The position numbers were made by a program, and so were the translations under genes. DNA of 25,322 bases. Source: Octopus sinensis (taxonomy: Eukaryota). The notes beneath the pieces were generated by a model, which saw nothing but the letters and a program-made list of their open reading frames with translations, was not told the DNA's origin and did no database searches. The stretch is taken from positions 1-25,322 of the forward strand of contig NW_021836087.1 of assembly GCF_006345805.1 (NCBI RefSeq), in the 5' to 3' direction. Shown here one piece after another: positions 1-9,739 of this stretch. Each line of letters starts with the position of its first letter. The first letter of the stretch is position 1.

Positions 1-256
1 AACATTCTCTGCGAATTTCGCAGGCACCACCAATATAGGAAGTCCTCAGTCTTACCCTTAATGGTGCGAAACAGTATTACCAATGTGGTTGATAACTGCT
101 GAAGAATTAGGGACCCTCTGTATTTGTTTCCCGTCCGGTTGTACCCTCAATATACCTGTGCGTTTTTCATCTCTCGTTGTTTATTTACAATGTATTTTTA
201 TCAAGTAACGGAACGGAACGCAACCCGGCTCTTATTTACAGTATTATATATATATA

Positions 257-650
257 TTCTTTTTATCTTTTTTTTTTACTTGTTTCAGTCATTTAACTGC
301 GGCCATGCTGGAGCACCACCTTTAGTCGAGCAAATCGGCCCCGGGACTTATTCTTTGTAAGCCCAGTACTTATTCTATCGTTCTCTTTTGCCGAACCGCA
401 AAGTGACGGGGACGTAAACACACAAGCATTGGTTGTCAAGCAATGCTAGAGTGACAAACACAGACACACAAACATATATATATATATACGACAGGCTTCT
501 TTTAGTTTCCGTCTACCAAATCCACTCACAAGGCTTTGGTCGGCCCGAGGCTATAGCAGAAGACACTTGCCCAAGATGCCACGCAGTGGGACTGAACCCG
601 GAACCTTGTGGTTGGTTAGCAAGCTACTTACCACACAGCCACTCTGCGCC
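257..650 (-). mobile_element. Full-length tRNA-derived SINE (type A here; Octopus-type)
   Basis: Minus strand begins GGCGCAGAGTGGCTGTGTGGTAAG (A-box TGGCTGTGTGG), B-box GGTTCAGTCC, body CTTGGGCAAGTGTCTT...GCCTTGTGAGTGGATTTGGTAGACGGAAAC, internal (TA)n/(TG)n, 3' end GCTCCAGCATGGCCGCAG..TGACTGAAACAAGTAAAAA. Homologous to several other copies in the window. Confidence 0.9.

Positions 651-729
<79 letters not shown>
651..729. repeat. (TA)n microsatellite
   Basis: Direct reading. Confidence 0.95.
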
Positions 730-733
<4 letters not shown>

Positions 734-791
734 CGTTTTGGAATTTGGTTTGCAAGATTCCTTATATGAGTTCGTGTGTTGAAGCATATTC

Positions 792-971
792 TGTTGTGTC
801 TGGGGAGAGGTCATTCTCTTTTAGTGCCTTATTATTTAACACACTCACCGGTAAAATTTCCACTTATTTCTTATTTTTATCTTCTAAAATTTTCGTTGCG
901 TCATGCAACCGTTTCAATAGTCTTGTTAAATAATAAGTCACTAAAAGAGAATGATACTCCCAGACACAACA
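792..971. repeat. Inverted repeat (about 50-bp arms, 82-bp spacer), probable Penelope-like pseudo-LTR fold-back
   Basis: 792-841 TGTTGTGTCTGGGGAGAGGTCATTCTCTTTTAGTGCCTTATTATTTAACA is the near reverse complement of 924-971. The spacer contains a hammerhead-like motif. Confidence 0.8.
884..920 (-). ncRNA. Degenerate minimal type I hammerhead-like motif (U3:A8 core, A9 altered)
   Basis: Minus strand CUA-UUGAAAC-G-GUUGC-AUGAC-GCAAC-GAAA-AUU-U-UAG: 5-bp stem II followed by GAAA, palindromic AAUU stem III, stem I only 3 bp. Confidence 0.35.
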
Positions 972-974
972 TAA

Positions 975-1032
975 TTATATATATATATATAACTTAATAA
1001 TATATATATATATATATTATATATATTATATA

Positions 1033-1068
<36 letters not shown>

Positions 1069-1115
1069 TGTACATATATATATATATATATATATTATAT
1101 ATTATATATATATAT
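975..1115. repeat. (TA)n/(TATG)n compound microsatellite
   Basis: Direct reading. Confidence 0.9.
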
Positions 1116-1374
1116 CATTTTGACAGAACTTACAGAAACCCGCTCCAGGTTCGCACTGTTCTAGGGGCATACGTGACATTTTCTAGTCACGAAATTATCT
1201 GGGTTTGTGAAAATATAAATGAACGAATGTACAATAGACTATGTTTCACTAATTAATTTATACAGTTAATAAATAATAATTAGCAGTCATGATGGGAAAT
1301 ATAGATCAAAGAACCTTGTTTTTTTTTTGTTTTAATTGAGTAGGCCGAAGTTTCGATTGGATGAAACTCAAGCA

Positions 1375-1608
1375 TACATACATAGATACATGCATACATA
1401 TATACACACGTACATACATACATACATACATACATACATACATACATACATGCATACATACATACATACATACATGCATACATACAGACAGACAGACAGA
1501 CTTACAGGCAAGTATACATACATAATACATACACACACGTACACACACACACATATATACATGCATATAGGCACACAAGGGTACATTCACACACACATAG
1601 ATATATTA

Positions 1609-1665
<57 letters not shown>

Positions 1666-1672
1666 TGTGTGT
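1375..1672. repeat. (CATA)n/(CAGA)n/(CA)n/(TG)n compound microsatellite
   Basis: Direct reading; explains the HTYI/VCMY ORFs. Confidence 0.9.
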
Positions 1673-1799
1673 AAATTAAATAATGAGAGTAGAAATTGAT
1701 ATTAATCAATTAAAACCAGTGGCTTAGCATTTTTAAAAATGTGAAGAGTAAAAATTATATTTCATACAAAATGGTGGTTATTCCTCTTAATTTTGTACC

Positions 1800-1870
1800 G
1801 GTGCCCCAGCATGGCCACAGCTTGTGAGCTGAAACTAGATAAAAATAAAAAATAATAAAAAATAAAAAAT
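1800..1870 (+). mobile_element. SINE 3' tail fragment
   Basis: GGTGCCCCAGCATGGCCACAGC...GCTGAAAC followed by an A-rich tail, similar to the type A SINE 3' end. Confidence 0.6.
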
Positions 1871-1881
1871 AAATATATATA

Positions 1882-1955
<74 letters not shown>

Positions 1956-1964
1956 ATATATATA

Positions 1965-3065
1965 TGGGGTGTTTCAACAAATTGGATATCATTTCGCAAT
2001 CTAATAACTTTGGCCTGTTCAAATGACTTCAAATTTTCACAGCATGTGTAGAAACAGGTCAAAATTTTATGTTTAATGTTTGATATGCTTATCTTTTCAG
2101 GTTTAGAAATGGAACTCACTGGAAGAGAAAAGGCGTGTTGTGTGTTGGAGTATGCTTGAACATAGTCAAACAAGACTGTGCAGCGTGCATTTGTGAGAGA
2201 GTTCTCTAAAAGTCACTAACGGCAATGCAGATTTGAACGTGGCATGAAAAATTCAAAGAGGAAGGCTGTCTGTGCAGGGCAAAAGGATCTGTGCGACCAC
2301 TAACATCGGAAGAAACGGTCGAGAGGGTTCGCCAAAAACTCTTGCGGAGCCCCAAAGCATCCATAAGAACAAGTCTGGAAACCCAGATTCGTCCATCGAC
2401 AGTTTAGCGCGTCCGATGAAATGTACTGTTGAAATGGCCGCCATGTTCACCTGAACTGACACCTTGCGATTTTTTTTTTCTCTAGGGCTATGTGAATGGC
2501 CTGGTCTCTGTCTCCCCTGCAAACCTAGAGGAACTCGAGCAGAGAATCACTACTGCACTGGAGACTGTTACCCAAGACATGCCGCAGCGTATTTGAGAGG
2601 AGATGGACTACCTATTTCTTTACTACCCACAAGAGGCTAAAAACAGAGAGGACAAACAAGGACAGACATAGGTATTAAGTCGATTATATCGACCCCAGTG
2701 TACAACAGGTACTTATTTAATCGACCCCGAAAGGATGAAAGGCAAAGTCGACCTCGGCGGAATTTGAACTCAGAACGTAACGGAGACGAAATACGGCTAC
2801 GCATTTCGCCCGGCGTGCTAACGTTTCTGCCAGCTCACCGCCTTATGGACTACCGATTTGACGTATGCCATGTCTCAGGTGGTGAGCATCTTGGACATTT
2901 GTAAAATCGTTCATGGAATCCACATAGCCCTGAATTTTCATTCAAATTTGGAGGAATAAATCTTATGTTACACAACATTAAGCCTGTTGAGTTTCACTTG
3001 CTTTGACTATGTAGTTTCTGTAATATTTACATCTCAAATGATATCAACTTTTTGGGAACACCCTG
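1965..3065 (+). mobile_element. Internally deleted Tc1/mariner transposon (DD41D rosa/Visitor-like), decayed transposase
   Basis: 30-bp TIRs (1965-1994 versus 3036-3065, 23/30 identical, right end reads CAGGGTGT on the minus strand) flanked by TA at 1963-64 and 3066-67. From 2110 a broken N-terminal HTH (MELTGREKACCVLEYA..TVQRAF..WHEKFKEEG..ETVERVRQKLLRSP) is joined to the C-terminal WPPCSPELTPCDFF..GYV..LEELEQRIT..EMDYRFDVCHVSGGEHL. The catalytic middle is deleted, so the family call rests on the flanking motifs and TIR. Confidence 0.88.
2613..2844 (-). mobile_element. tRNA-derived SINE (type B here) nested in the mariner, 10-bp TSD
   Basis: Minus strand GGCGGTGAGCTGGCAGAAACG..GAGTTCAAATTCC (A/B boxes), central GTCGACTTTGCCTTTCATCCTTTCGGGGTCGAT (resembles the Meta-type SINE domain from memory). 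TSD ATGGACTACC at 2603-2612 and 2845-2854 splits the transposase at M-D-Y. Confidence 0.9.
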
Positions 3066-3165
3066 TAAGTCCTAGGGGCCGGTTTGTTCGACTAAAACCC
3101 TTCAGGTCGATGCTCCAGCATTTCTGCGGTCAAATGACTGGAACAAATAAAAGAAAGAATAAAAG
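3066..3165 (+). mobile_element. Type A SINE 3' fragment abutting the mariner right TIR
   Basis: TAAGTCCTAGGGGCCGGTTTGTTCGACTAAA..GCTCCAGCAT..GGTCAAATGACTGGAACAAATAAAAGA matches the 3' end of the 257-650 copy. Confidence 0.8.
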
Positions 3166-3190
3166 AACATATACAAACACATATATATAT

Positions 3191-3250
<60 letters not shown>

Positions 3251-3331
3251 ACAATTGCAGCGTGAAGGTGTTTATAAGCCATTTAAGAAACACAGAAAAG
3301 CCGTTCGATTCACTTCAACATTTAAGTTTAA

Positions 3332-3381
3332 TTTGTCAAAATATTTTCGTCGCTAAAATCCGCGACCTGTTCACTGACAAA
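3332..3381 (-). ncRNA. Candidate minimal type I hammerhead ribozyme, G3:C8 variant core
   Basis: UUUGUCA (stem I)-GUGAACA-G-GUCGC-GGAUUUUA-GCGAC (stem II)-GAAA-AUAU-U-U-UGACAAA (stem I). 7-bp stem I, 5-bp stem II, palindromic AAUAUU stem III. Confidence 0.6.
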
Positions 3382-3397
3382 GTCCGTGCTGCCGGAC

Positions 3398-3446
3398 TTT
3401 GTCAGTGAACAGGTCGCGGATTTTAGCGACAAAATATTTTGACAAA
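3398..3446 (+). ncRNA. Mirror copy of the hammerhead candidate lacking G12 (probably inactive)
   Basis: Same sequence as 3332-3381(-) but GCGAC-AAA instead of GCGAC-GAAA. Confidence 0.45.
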
Positions 3447-3584
3447 TTAAACTTAAATGTTGAAGTGAATCGAACGGCTTTTCTGTGTTTCTTAAATGGC
3501 TTATAAACACCTTCCACGCTGCAATTGTTTTCGTTTCAGCACACGATCTCAGATCAAATTACTTGCTATGCGAGTACATCTCCG

Positions 3585-3586
3585 TA

Positions 3587-3664
<78 letters not shown>

Positions 3665-3697
3665 TTTGATTGTATATATATATATATATATATCTAC

Positions 3698-3729
<32 letters not shown>

Positions 3730-3771
3730 TATGTGTATTTGCATTTATGTATATAAATGTATCTATGCATG

Positions 3772-3803
<32 letters not shown>

Positions 3804-3820
3804 GTGTGTGTGTGTGTATA

Positions 3821-3868
<48 letters not shown>

Positions 3869-3938
3869 AACATACACATACATATGTATGTGTATTCATA
3901 TGTATTGTGTATACGCACACATACATATATATGTGTAT

Positions 3939-3991
<53 letters not shown>

Positions 3992-4030
3992 TGCACATAT
4001 ACATATGTATATACACACACGTATATATTG
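3585..4030. repeat. (TA)n/(TG)n/(CA)n compound microsatellite
   Basis: Direct reading. Confidence 0.9.
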
Positions 4031-4552
4031 TGTACGTATGTGGGGGCGGTGTGTGAGAGAAATGAGGAGAAACCGCCATAAGCGCTGTCCCAGAATACGA
4101 CAATAATCTAAACCACAACAACAATAACCACAACAACACGACGACGGCGGCGGCGACAAAAGTACAGAAAGTTGTAAAGGCCACTGAGAAAGTGTCCACG
4201 GTGCAAGTCTCGCGTCTTCCTGAAAGAAAGATGGCGGCGGGGACGAGGACCGAAAATGAAAAAAAGAGGTGGAAGACGAGGGGGGAGGAGGAAGTGGTGT
4301 CGTCAAGAAAGGATATTAAACAATAAATATATAAATATATCCAATAATGACCTTCTCGGTGTAAATAATAAAATAATAAATGATGAAATAATGAAGAAAT
4401 AATGAATAAAAATAAATAAGGAAAAAAAAGAAAAAGAAAAGAAAAAGACTGAGTTTAATCTGCCATAAACCTAAATAAAGGAATAAAAAAATCACCGCCA
4501 ATGTGGACTTGGTTCAGGTGGAGTTTCTCATGAAGCGGTAATTAAATACAGG

Positions 4553-4697
4553 ATATGTGTGTGTGTGTGTATGTGTTGTGTGTGTGTGTGTGTGTGTGTG
4601 CGCGCGCACAGGTGTGTATTATTCGTATATATACGTATGTATCTATGCATGTATGTTTATATGTATGTATGTATATATATATATATATACATACATA

Positions 4698-4733
<36 letters not shown>

Positions 4734-4747
4734 TGTATGTATGTACA

Positions 4748-4784
<37 letters not shown>

Positions 4785-5130
4785 GTATGTATGTATGTAT
4801 GTAGTAATGTATGTATGTATGTATGTATGTATGTACATGTATATATATATATATATGTCTGTGTGTGTCACACATGTATATATATATATATATATCTGTC
4901 TGTGTGTGTCACACATGTATATATGTATATTATTGTATAGTATATATGCATGTGTGAATTTTATCATTCATATATATATATATATACACGTATATACACA
5001 TAGATATATATATGTATGTATATATATATATATATATACATGTATGTATTATGCATGCATGTATGTATGTGCATATGTATGTATGTGTTCATGTATATGC
5101 ATATGTGTGCGTGTATATATTTGTGTGTGT
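4553..5130. repeat. (TG)n/(TATG)n/(TA)n compound microsatellite
   Basis: Direct reading. Confidence 0.9.
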
Positions 5131-5232
5131 TTGTGTCGTTGCATGTAAGCCTCCTCCTCTCAGAGAGTTTAAAGAAAAGTAATATATGAAAGCAATATTA
5201 GGAATTATCATTGCTTTTGTTGTTTCTGTGAC

Positions 5233-5263
5233 TATTATTATCATTATTATTATTATCATTATC

Positions 5264-5316
<53 letters not shown>

Positions 5317-5345
5317 CATTATTATTATTATCATTATTATTATTA
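5233..5345. repeat. (ATT)n trinucleotide repeat
   Basis: Direct reading; source of the poly-Ile ORFs. Confidence 0.95.
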
Positions 5346-5560
5346 ATTTATTAATGATATCGGACTATATCGCGGTGAGGCGATCAACCTCCCACCAGAC
5401 GTTGTTGGACGCTCAAATAAAGGTCTAGATGTTACCGCCGCCGGCCACCCACCGCCACCCGCCCTCCACCTGCGAACGTCCGGTGCATCACCGACCTCAT
5501 TCGGTTGACGATGGGGAATCAAATAAAGCTGTGTTATTAAGTTTATAGGTTGGCCAGGTG

Positions 5561-5642
5561 TTACACATGCGGCAGCACCAGCCATCGGAAGGTGCTCTCT
5601 GTCCTCTGTCCAAAGGCGTAGAAATATTCTTTGCTGCTAACC
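5561..5642 (-). CDS. Candidate terminal coding exon of an unidentified gene: (x)VSSKEYFYAFGQRTESTFRWLVLPHV*
   Basis: Acceptor TGATTGTAG|G (phase 2), non-repetitive protein-like translation ending in TAA at 5563-5561. No family recognised. Confidence 0.4.
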
Positions 5643-5734
5643 CTACAATCAGACCAGCAGCAGCAGCAGGAGTGGGGTGATGGTGGTGGTGAGTGATGTT
5701 GCGGTGGCGGCGGAGTGATAGCGGCGGTGATAGC

Positions 5735-5890
5735 GGTAGAAGAAGAAGAAGAAGAAGAGGAGGAGGAGGAGGAGGAGGAGGAAGAAGAAGGACGACGACG
5801 ACGACGACGACGACGAAGAGGATGAGGAGGGAGAGGAGGAAGAGGCGAAGAGGAGGATGGAGAGGTAGAGGAGGAAGAGGAGGAGGAACC
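5735..5890. repeat. Compound purine trinucleotide array (GAA/GAG/GAC)n
   Basis: Direct reading; pyrimidine-rich on the minus strand, probably intronic. Confidence 0.9.
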
Positions 5891-6019
5891 AAAAACAAAA
5901 TGCAAAACCGTGGCACTGAATTGGGTTTGCGACACACGGACACAGGAAGTCTTTTACATCCTGCTTCAAAACAAGCCAAGCACAAACAAACGCACCCCCC
6001 CACCACACACACACACACA

Positions 6020-6191
6020 TGCATGGATGCGTCTTTGACTTCCAGGAGATATGAATAGAATTCGTGGGACCCACGAAGGACCGAAAAATGCATCAGATCC
6101 CGTCGAACCAGCCGAGCGAGTCGAAGGCTTTGGTAATAACTATGCTTTGCCTGGGAAGAGACACCAACGATTTCGCTAAGCAATCGATCAC
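6020..6191 (-). CDS. Candidate internal exon: GDRLLSEIVGVSSQAKHSYYQSLRLARLVRRDLMHFSVLRGSHEFYSYLLEVKDASMH; donor position uncertain
   Basis: Acceptor ATTGAACAG|GT (phase 1) and an open protein-like frame that runs into a (GT)n tract with several possible donors. An alternative acceptor at 6200 gives IEQVIDCLAKSLV..FDGI*. Confidence 0.35.
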
Positions 6192-6389
6192 CTGTTCAAT
6201 CTAATACTCCAACAAAAATATCGATTTGCTACTGCAGCGATACAGTGACCTACTGCGTCTATCGATACGGTAGGTCAATCAATATACGAAGAGTATTTTA
6301 AAACAAAGGAGAGTGAGCCTTCTGATGACTGGTGTAACACCCGACATACATAACCTCAATGTTAAAGCTTGATTATCTGTCTCTCGTAC

Positions 6390-6454
6390 CCGGTGGGGTC
6401 GGTGAGGTGCTGGATACGTTCGCGGCTGGCGGGTATGTGGAGCAACACGAAGAT
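6390..6454 (-). CDS. Candidate 65-nt exon, frame ambiguous (IFVLLHIPASRERIQHLTDPTG or SSCCSTYPPAANVSSTSPTPPG)
   Basis: Flanked by GGTAG| and |GTACGA on the minus strand, GC-rich, open in all three frames. The phases are compatible with either downstream candidate exon. Confidence 0.3.
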
Positions 6455-6624
6455 CTACCCCCAAAACACTGAACTATCTCTTAAAGCACAGCAACGACCA
6501 TGTGCGCAGAACGTCTCTTCCTGTTTTTGCTACTAACACCTTTAATCGCTACAACCAGGACAGGGACATGAGTAGTAGCAATATATGTGTAACGAAGACA
6601 GCGACCCGACAGATACTTTACAAG

Positions 6625-6800
6625 CCGGGGAAAATGCTTAGCAGCATTTCGTCCGTCTTTACAATCTTTACAATTCTGCCGAGGTCCACTTTGCTTTTCA
6701 TCCTAGGGTCGATAAATAAATACCAGCTGAACACAGGAGTCGATGTACTCGACTTACCTCTCCCTAAAATTGCAGGCCTTGTGCCAAAATTTGAAATCAA
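6625..6800 (+). mobile_element. Type B SINE, 5'-degenerate, with a different 3' tail
   Basis: ATTCTGCCGAGGTCCACTTTGCTTTTCATCCTAGGGTCGATAAATAAATACCAG..GTCGATGTACTCGACTTA matches 2613-2844; the tail CCTCTCCCTAAAATTGCAGGCCTTGTGCC differs. Confidence 0.8.
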
Positions 6801-6841
6801 TATATATAATGTATATAATATATATAATAATTATTACATAT

Positions 6842-7168
6842 AGGAGTGGTTGTGTGGTAAGTAGCTTGCTTACCAACCACACGGTTTCGGGTTCGGTCCC
6901 ACTGCGTGACACTGGGCAAGTGTCTTCTACTATAGCCTCGGGCCGACCAAAGCCTTGTGAGTAGATTTGGTAAACGGAGACTTAAAGAAACCCGTCGTAT
7001 ATGTCTGTGTGTGTGGGGGGGCGTGAGTGTATGTATATTCGTGTGTCTGTGTTACTCCCCACACCATAGCTTGACAATCGATGTTGGTGTGTTTACGCTC
7101 CCGTATCTTAGTGGTTCGGCAAAATACGCCGATAGTATAAGTACTAGGCTTACAAAGAATGAAAGAAT
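6842..7168 (+). mobile_element. Type A SINE, lacking the last about 80 nt
   Basis: AGGAGTGGTTGTGTGGTAAGTAGCTTGC..GGTTCGGTCCCACTGCG..AAAGCCTTGTGAGTAGATTTGG..GTACTAGGCTTACAAAGAAT. Confidence 0.9.
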
Positions 7169-7204
7169 ATATTGATGATTATATTTAACATATCCTACAA
7201 CAGA

Positions 7205-7690
7205 CAGGGTGGCCAGAAAGTCACGCGCCATGGGGAGATATCAAGTATGATCTATTAGCAATGAAGTAGGCAATCCATTACAAACGTTCAAAGTGATGGC
7301 CATGTGGCTCCAATGAAAGGGTTCTTACGGAATTTGAAATTGCGATGATCCGTCTCAAATAGCTCTTCATTGCCGTTGACTTGTTCACATGCTTCAACAA
7401 TTGTTTGAAGAAGATGTCCTTGGTCACGAATCTTTTCAGAATACACAAGGAATTTAATGTAGCCACCTGAAGAAAAAGTCCATGGGATTTCAATCTGGTG
7501 ACTGTGGTGCCCATTCAAATTGGCCCGCGGCGCCCGAGCCATCTCAGTGGAAAATGTTCAAGTAATGCATAATGAGGCGGAGCCCCATCTTGTTGAAACA
7601 AGACAGGATTTCCCCTTCCAAGTGAATGCACGTGAGGCATTATCTTGTTGCCAAGCACGTCCCCCAAAATGGCTGGAGACGAGGTACTAA
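7205..7690 (-). mobile_element. 5'-truncated Tc1/mariner (DD41D-like) transposase remnant with one TIR
   Basis: Minus-strand VLFQQDGAPPHYA[about 6-aa deletion]LLEHFPLRWLGRRGPI/EWAPQSPD*NPMDFF/GYIKFLVY..GHHFERL, with frameshifts. Terminal CAGGGTGGCCAGAAAGTCAC at 7205. Confidence 0.85.
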
Positions 7691-7774
7691 GGAAGAGCTG
7701 AAAACGCAAGGACCGAACTCGGGAGAAGCCCAGGGTTTGAGAATTGGAGAAAAGTCGTTGGTAGCTCTTCACTC

Positions 7775-8540
7775 CATAGAGAAAGTGGGGGGGGCTTAAG
7801 GAAATACCTAGCCACCACTAGAAGTTGATTAACAAACTCGTTCCATAAGCACGAGCTTCCGGGTTCAATCCTACTGCGTGGTACCTTGAGCAAATGTTTT
7901 TCTTTTTTTCTTTCAAAATATAAGGTAGTACAAACCTTGTGAGTGAAATCGGATAGATGTAAAACTGAGCTGAAGCCTTTCGGGTGAATTACAGCTGTTT
8001 ATGGACAGTACAATTAATCTGCTATCCGGATTAACACCACCGACGGTCACATAGAGAATGAAGGGCTTAAGGAAGTACCTAACCGCCACTGAAAGTTGGT
8101 TTGCAAGCTCACACTATATGCATGAACTTCTGGGTTCAATCCCACTGCGTGGTACCTTAGGCCAGTGCTTTTCAAACCTTTTGCTGGAGCGGAACCCCAA
8201 GGAAACATTCCACTGGCTCGAGGAACCCTTGTGCAATAATTTAACAGTCTTATGCACACATATCTGTACAGGAGAATTAAAAATTACTGCCGATTTTAGC
8301 AGTTTTGTAACTTCTTGCGGAACCCCTGGACTGTACTGGCGGAACCCTATGGTTCCGCGGAACCCTGGTTGAAAACCACTGCCTTAGGCAAACGGTCTCT
8401 TTCAAAGTATAAGGTCTTACAAACCTTATGAGTGAAACCGGGTAGACGTAAAACTGAAGTGAAGTCTTTCGGGTGGATTACAGCTGTTGATAGACATTGC
8501 ACTTAATCTGTCAACCGGATTAACACCACCGATGGTTACA
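7775..8540 (+). repeat. Two-copy tandem duplication (275-bp unit) of a rearranged type A SINE derivative
   Basis: Units 7775-8049 and 8050-8540 (the second contains the MITE) share CATAGAGAA..GGCTTAAGGAA..GGGTTCAATCC.ACTGCGTGGTACCTT..ACAAACCTT.TGAGTGAAA..CCGGATTAACACCACCGA. Confidence 0.8.
8163..8381. mobile_element. hAT (Charlie-type) MITE, 219 bp
   Basis: TIRs CAGTGCTTTTCAA / TTGAAAACCACTG, perfect 8-bp TSD CCTTAGGC (8155-8162, 8382-8389), repeated internal GGAACCC motifs. Confidence 0.92.
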
Positions 8541-8994
8541 TGCCTGCCTGTAGCAGAACCATCTCTATTATATGCATTAGATTACATATCGATCACTAAT
8601 TATTGATCAATATTAGACCATCGTTTATTTTATGGATATCGAAAAAGATGATAGACAAAGTGAAGCATGGCGAGATTTGAAACTAAAACTTTAAGAAAGG
8701 ACGAAACCCGCAACACCTTTTGTCGAGTACTTTCACAATTCGCACCCCCACTACCATCCTCCCTGGCATTAACAATAATATTAACAAAACATCAACAGGG
8801 GCAAGGTGGGGAATTCGGAATAGGAATTCCACTCCCTTCAACTTATAAAGAGCAAATCTTAATAAATCTCCCAGCAGGGGCCAACATGATAACCCAGTGA
8901 GTCCCTCATTGTGGAATTTATATTAAAAAATCCAATGTCTGTTCCACCGGTGTTATATTGGTGTGACTAACCTACATAACCAGTCAACCGTGGC

Positions 8995-9360
8995 ACATGG
9001 ACACTCAATCATAGAAGCATACATATGCAAACACACACACACACATACACACACACATGTAAACATAAACATACGCATATACAAATATATAGACATACAC
9101 ACATATGTATAAACACACGTACACACATGCATACACACACATACGTAAATATTTATATACATGTATAAGTTGTGTAAATGTACACACGGACATTGTGTAC
9201 ATTGCCAGATATATGAAAATGTGTGTTTTATATATGTATGTATGTGTGTATGTATGCATATATGTATGTGTATGTATTTATACGCACACAAACAAACATA
9301 TATACATTTATATAGATGTGTGTATATATGTATGCATATATATACATATATATATATATT
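8995..9360. repeat. (CA)n/(TA)n/(TATG)n compound microsatellite
   Basis: Direct reading. Confidence 0.85.
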
Positions 9361-9641
9361 TCAACAATTGAGGGTAAAATTAATTAATTATTAATCAATT
9401 TCACCAAGTATTCAGTATATATATATATATATATATACATATTTATATATACATGTACATATATATATGTGTGTGTGTGTGTGCGTGTGTGTGTGCATAT
9501 GTAAATATATATATATACACAGATATCCAGACATTAGATAGACAGATAAATAATAGTCATACGTTTTAAATTATGTATTATAATAACAGTGACAAATAGA
9601 ATAACTTGGCTTGAGATTTTGACATTTAAGTATGTGTGTGT

Positions 9642-9696
<55 letters not shown>

Positions 9697-9739
9697 GTAA
9701 AAGAAGGAAGATGCACACACTTTATGTAGTTTTAATATA

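Larger units (their letters stand above)
3251..3528. repeat. 278-bp near-perfect palindrome (136-nt arms, 6-nt loop), probable Penelope-like pseudo-LTR fold-back
   Basis: Arms 3251-3386 and 3393-3528 are reverse complements apart from two single-base indels; loop TGCTGC. Confidence 0.95.

Noticed and set aside
1-120. Open minus-strand frame (RGSLILQQLSTTLVILFRTIKGKTEDFLYWWC..)
   Set aside because: No convincing acceptor and no recognisable motif; truncated by the window edge.
600-650. tRNA genes at SINE heads
   Set aside because: Only A/B boxes are kept; there is no cloverleaf and each continues into a SINE body.
5497-6183. 228-aa ORF as a single-exon gene
   Set aside because: The middle runs through (GT)n and trinucleotide arrays; only the ends are protein-like and splice signals flank them.
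8660-8900. Non-repetitive island with short ORFs on both strands
   Set aside because: No recognisable domain or consistent splice pair.
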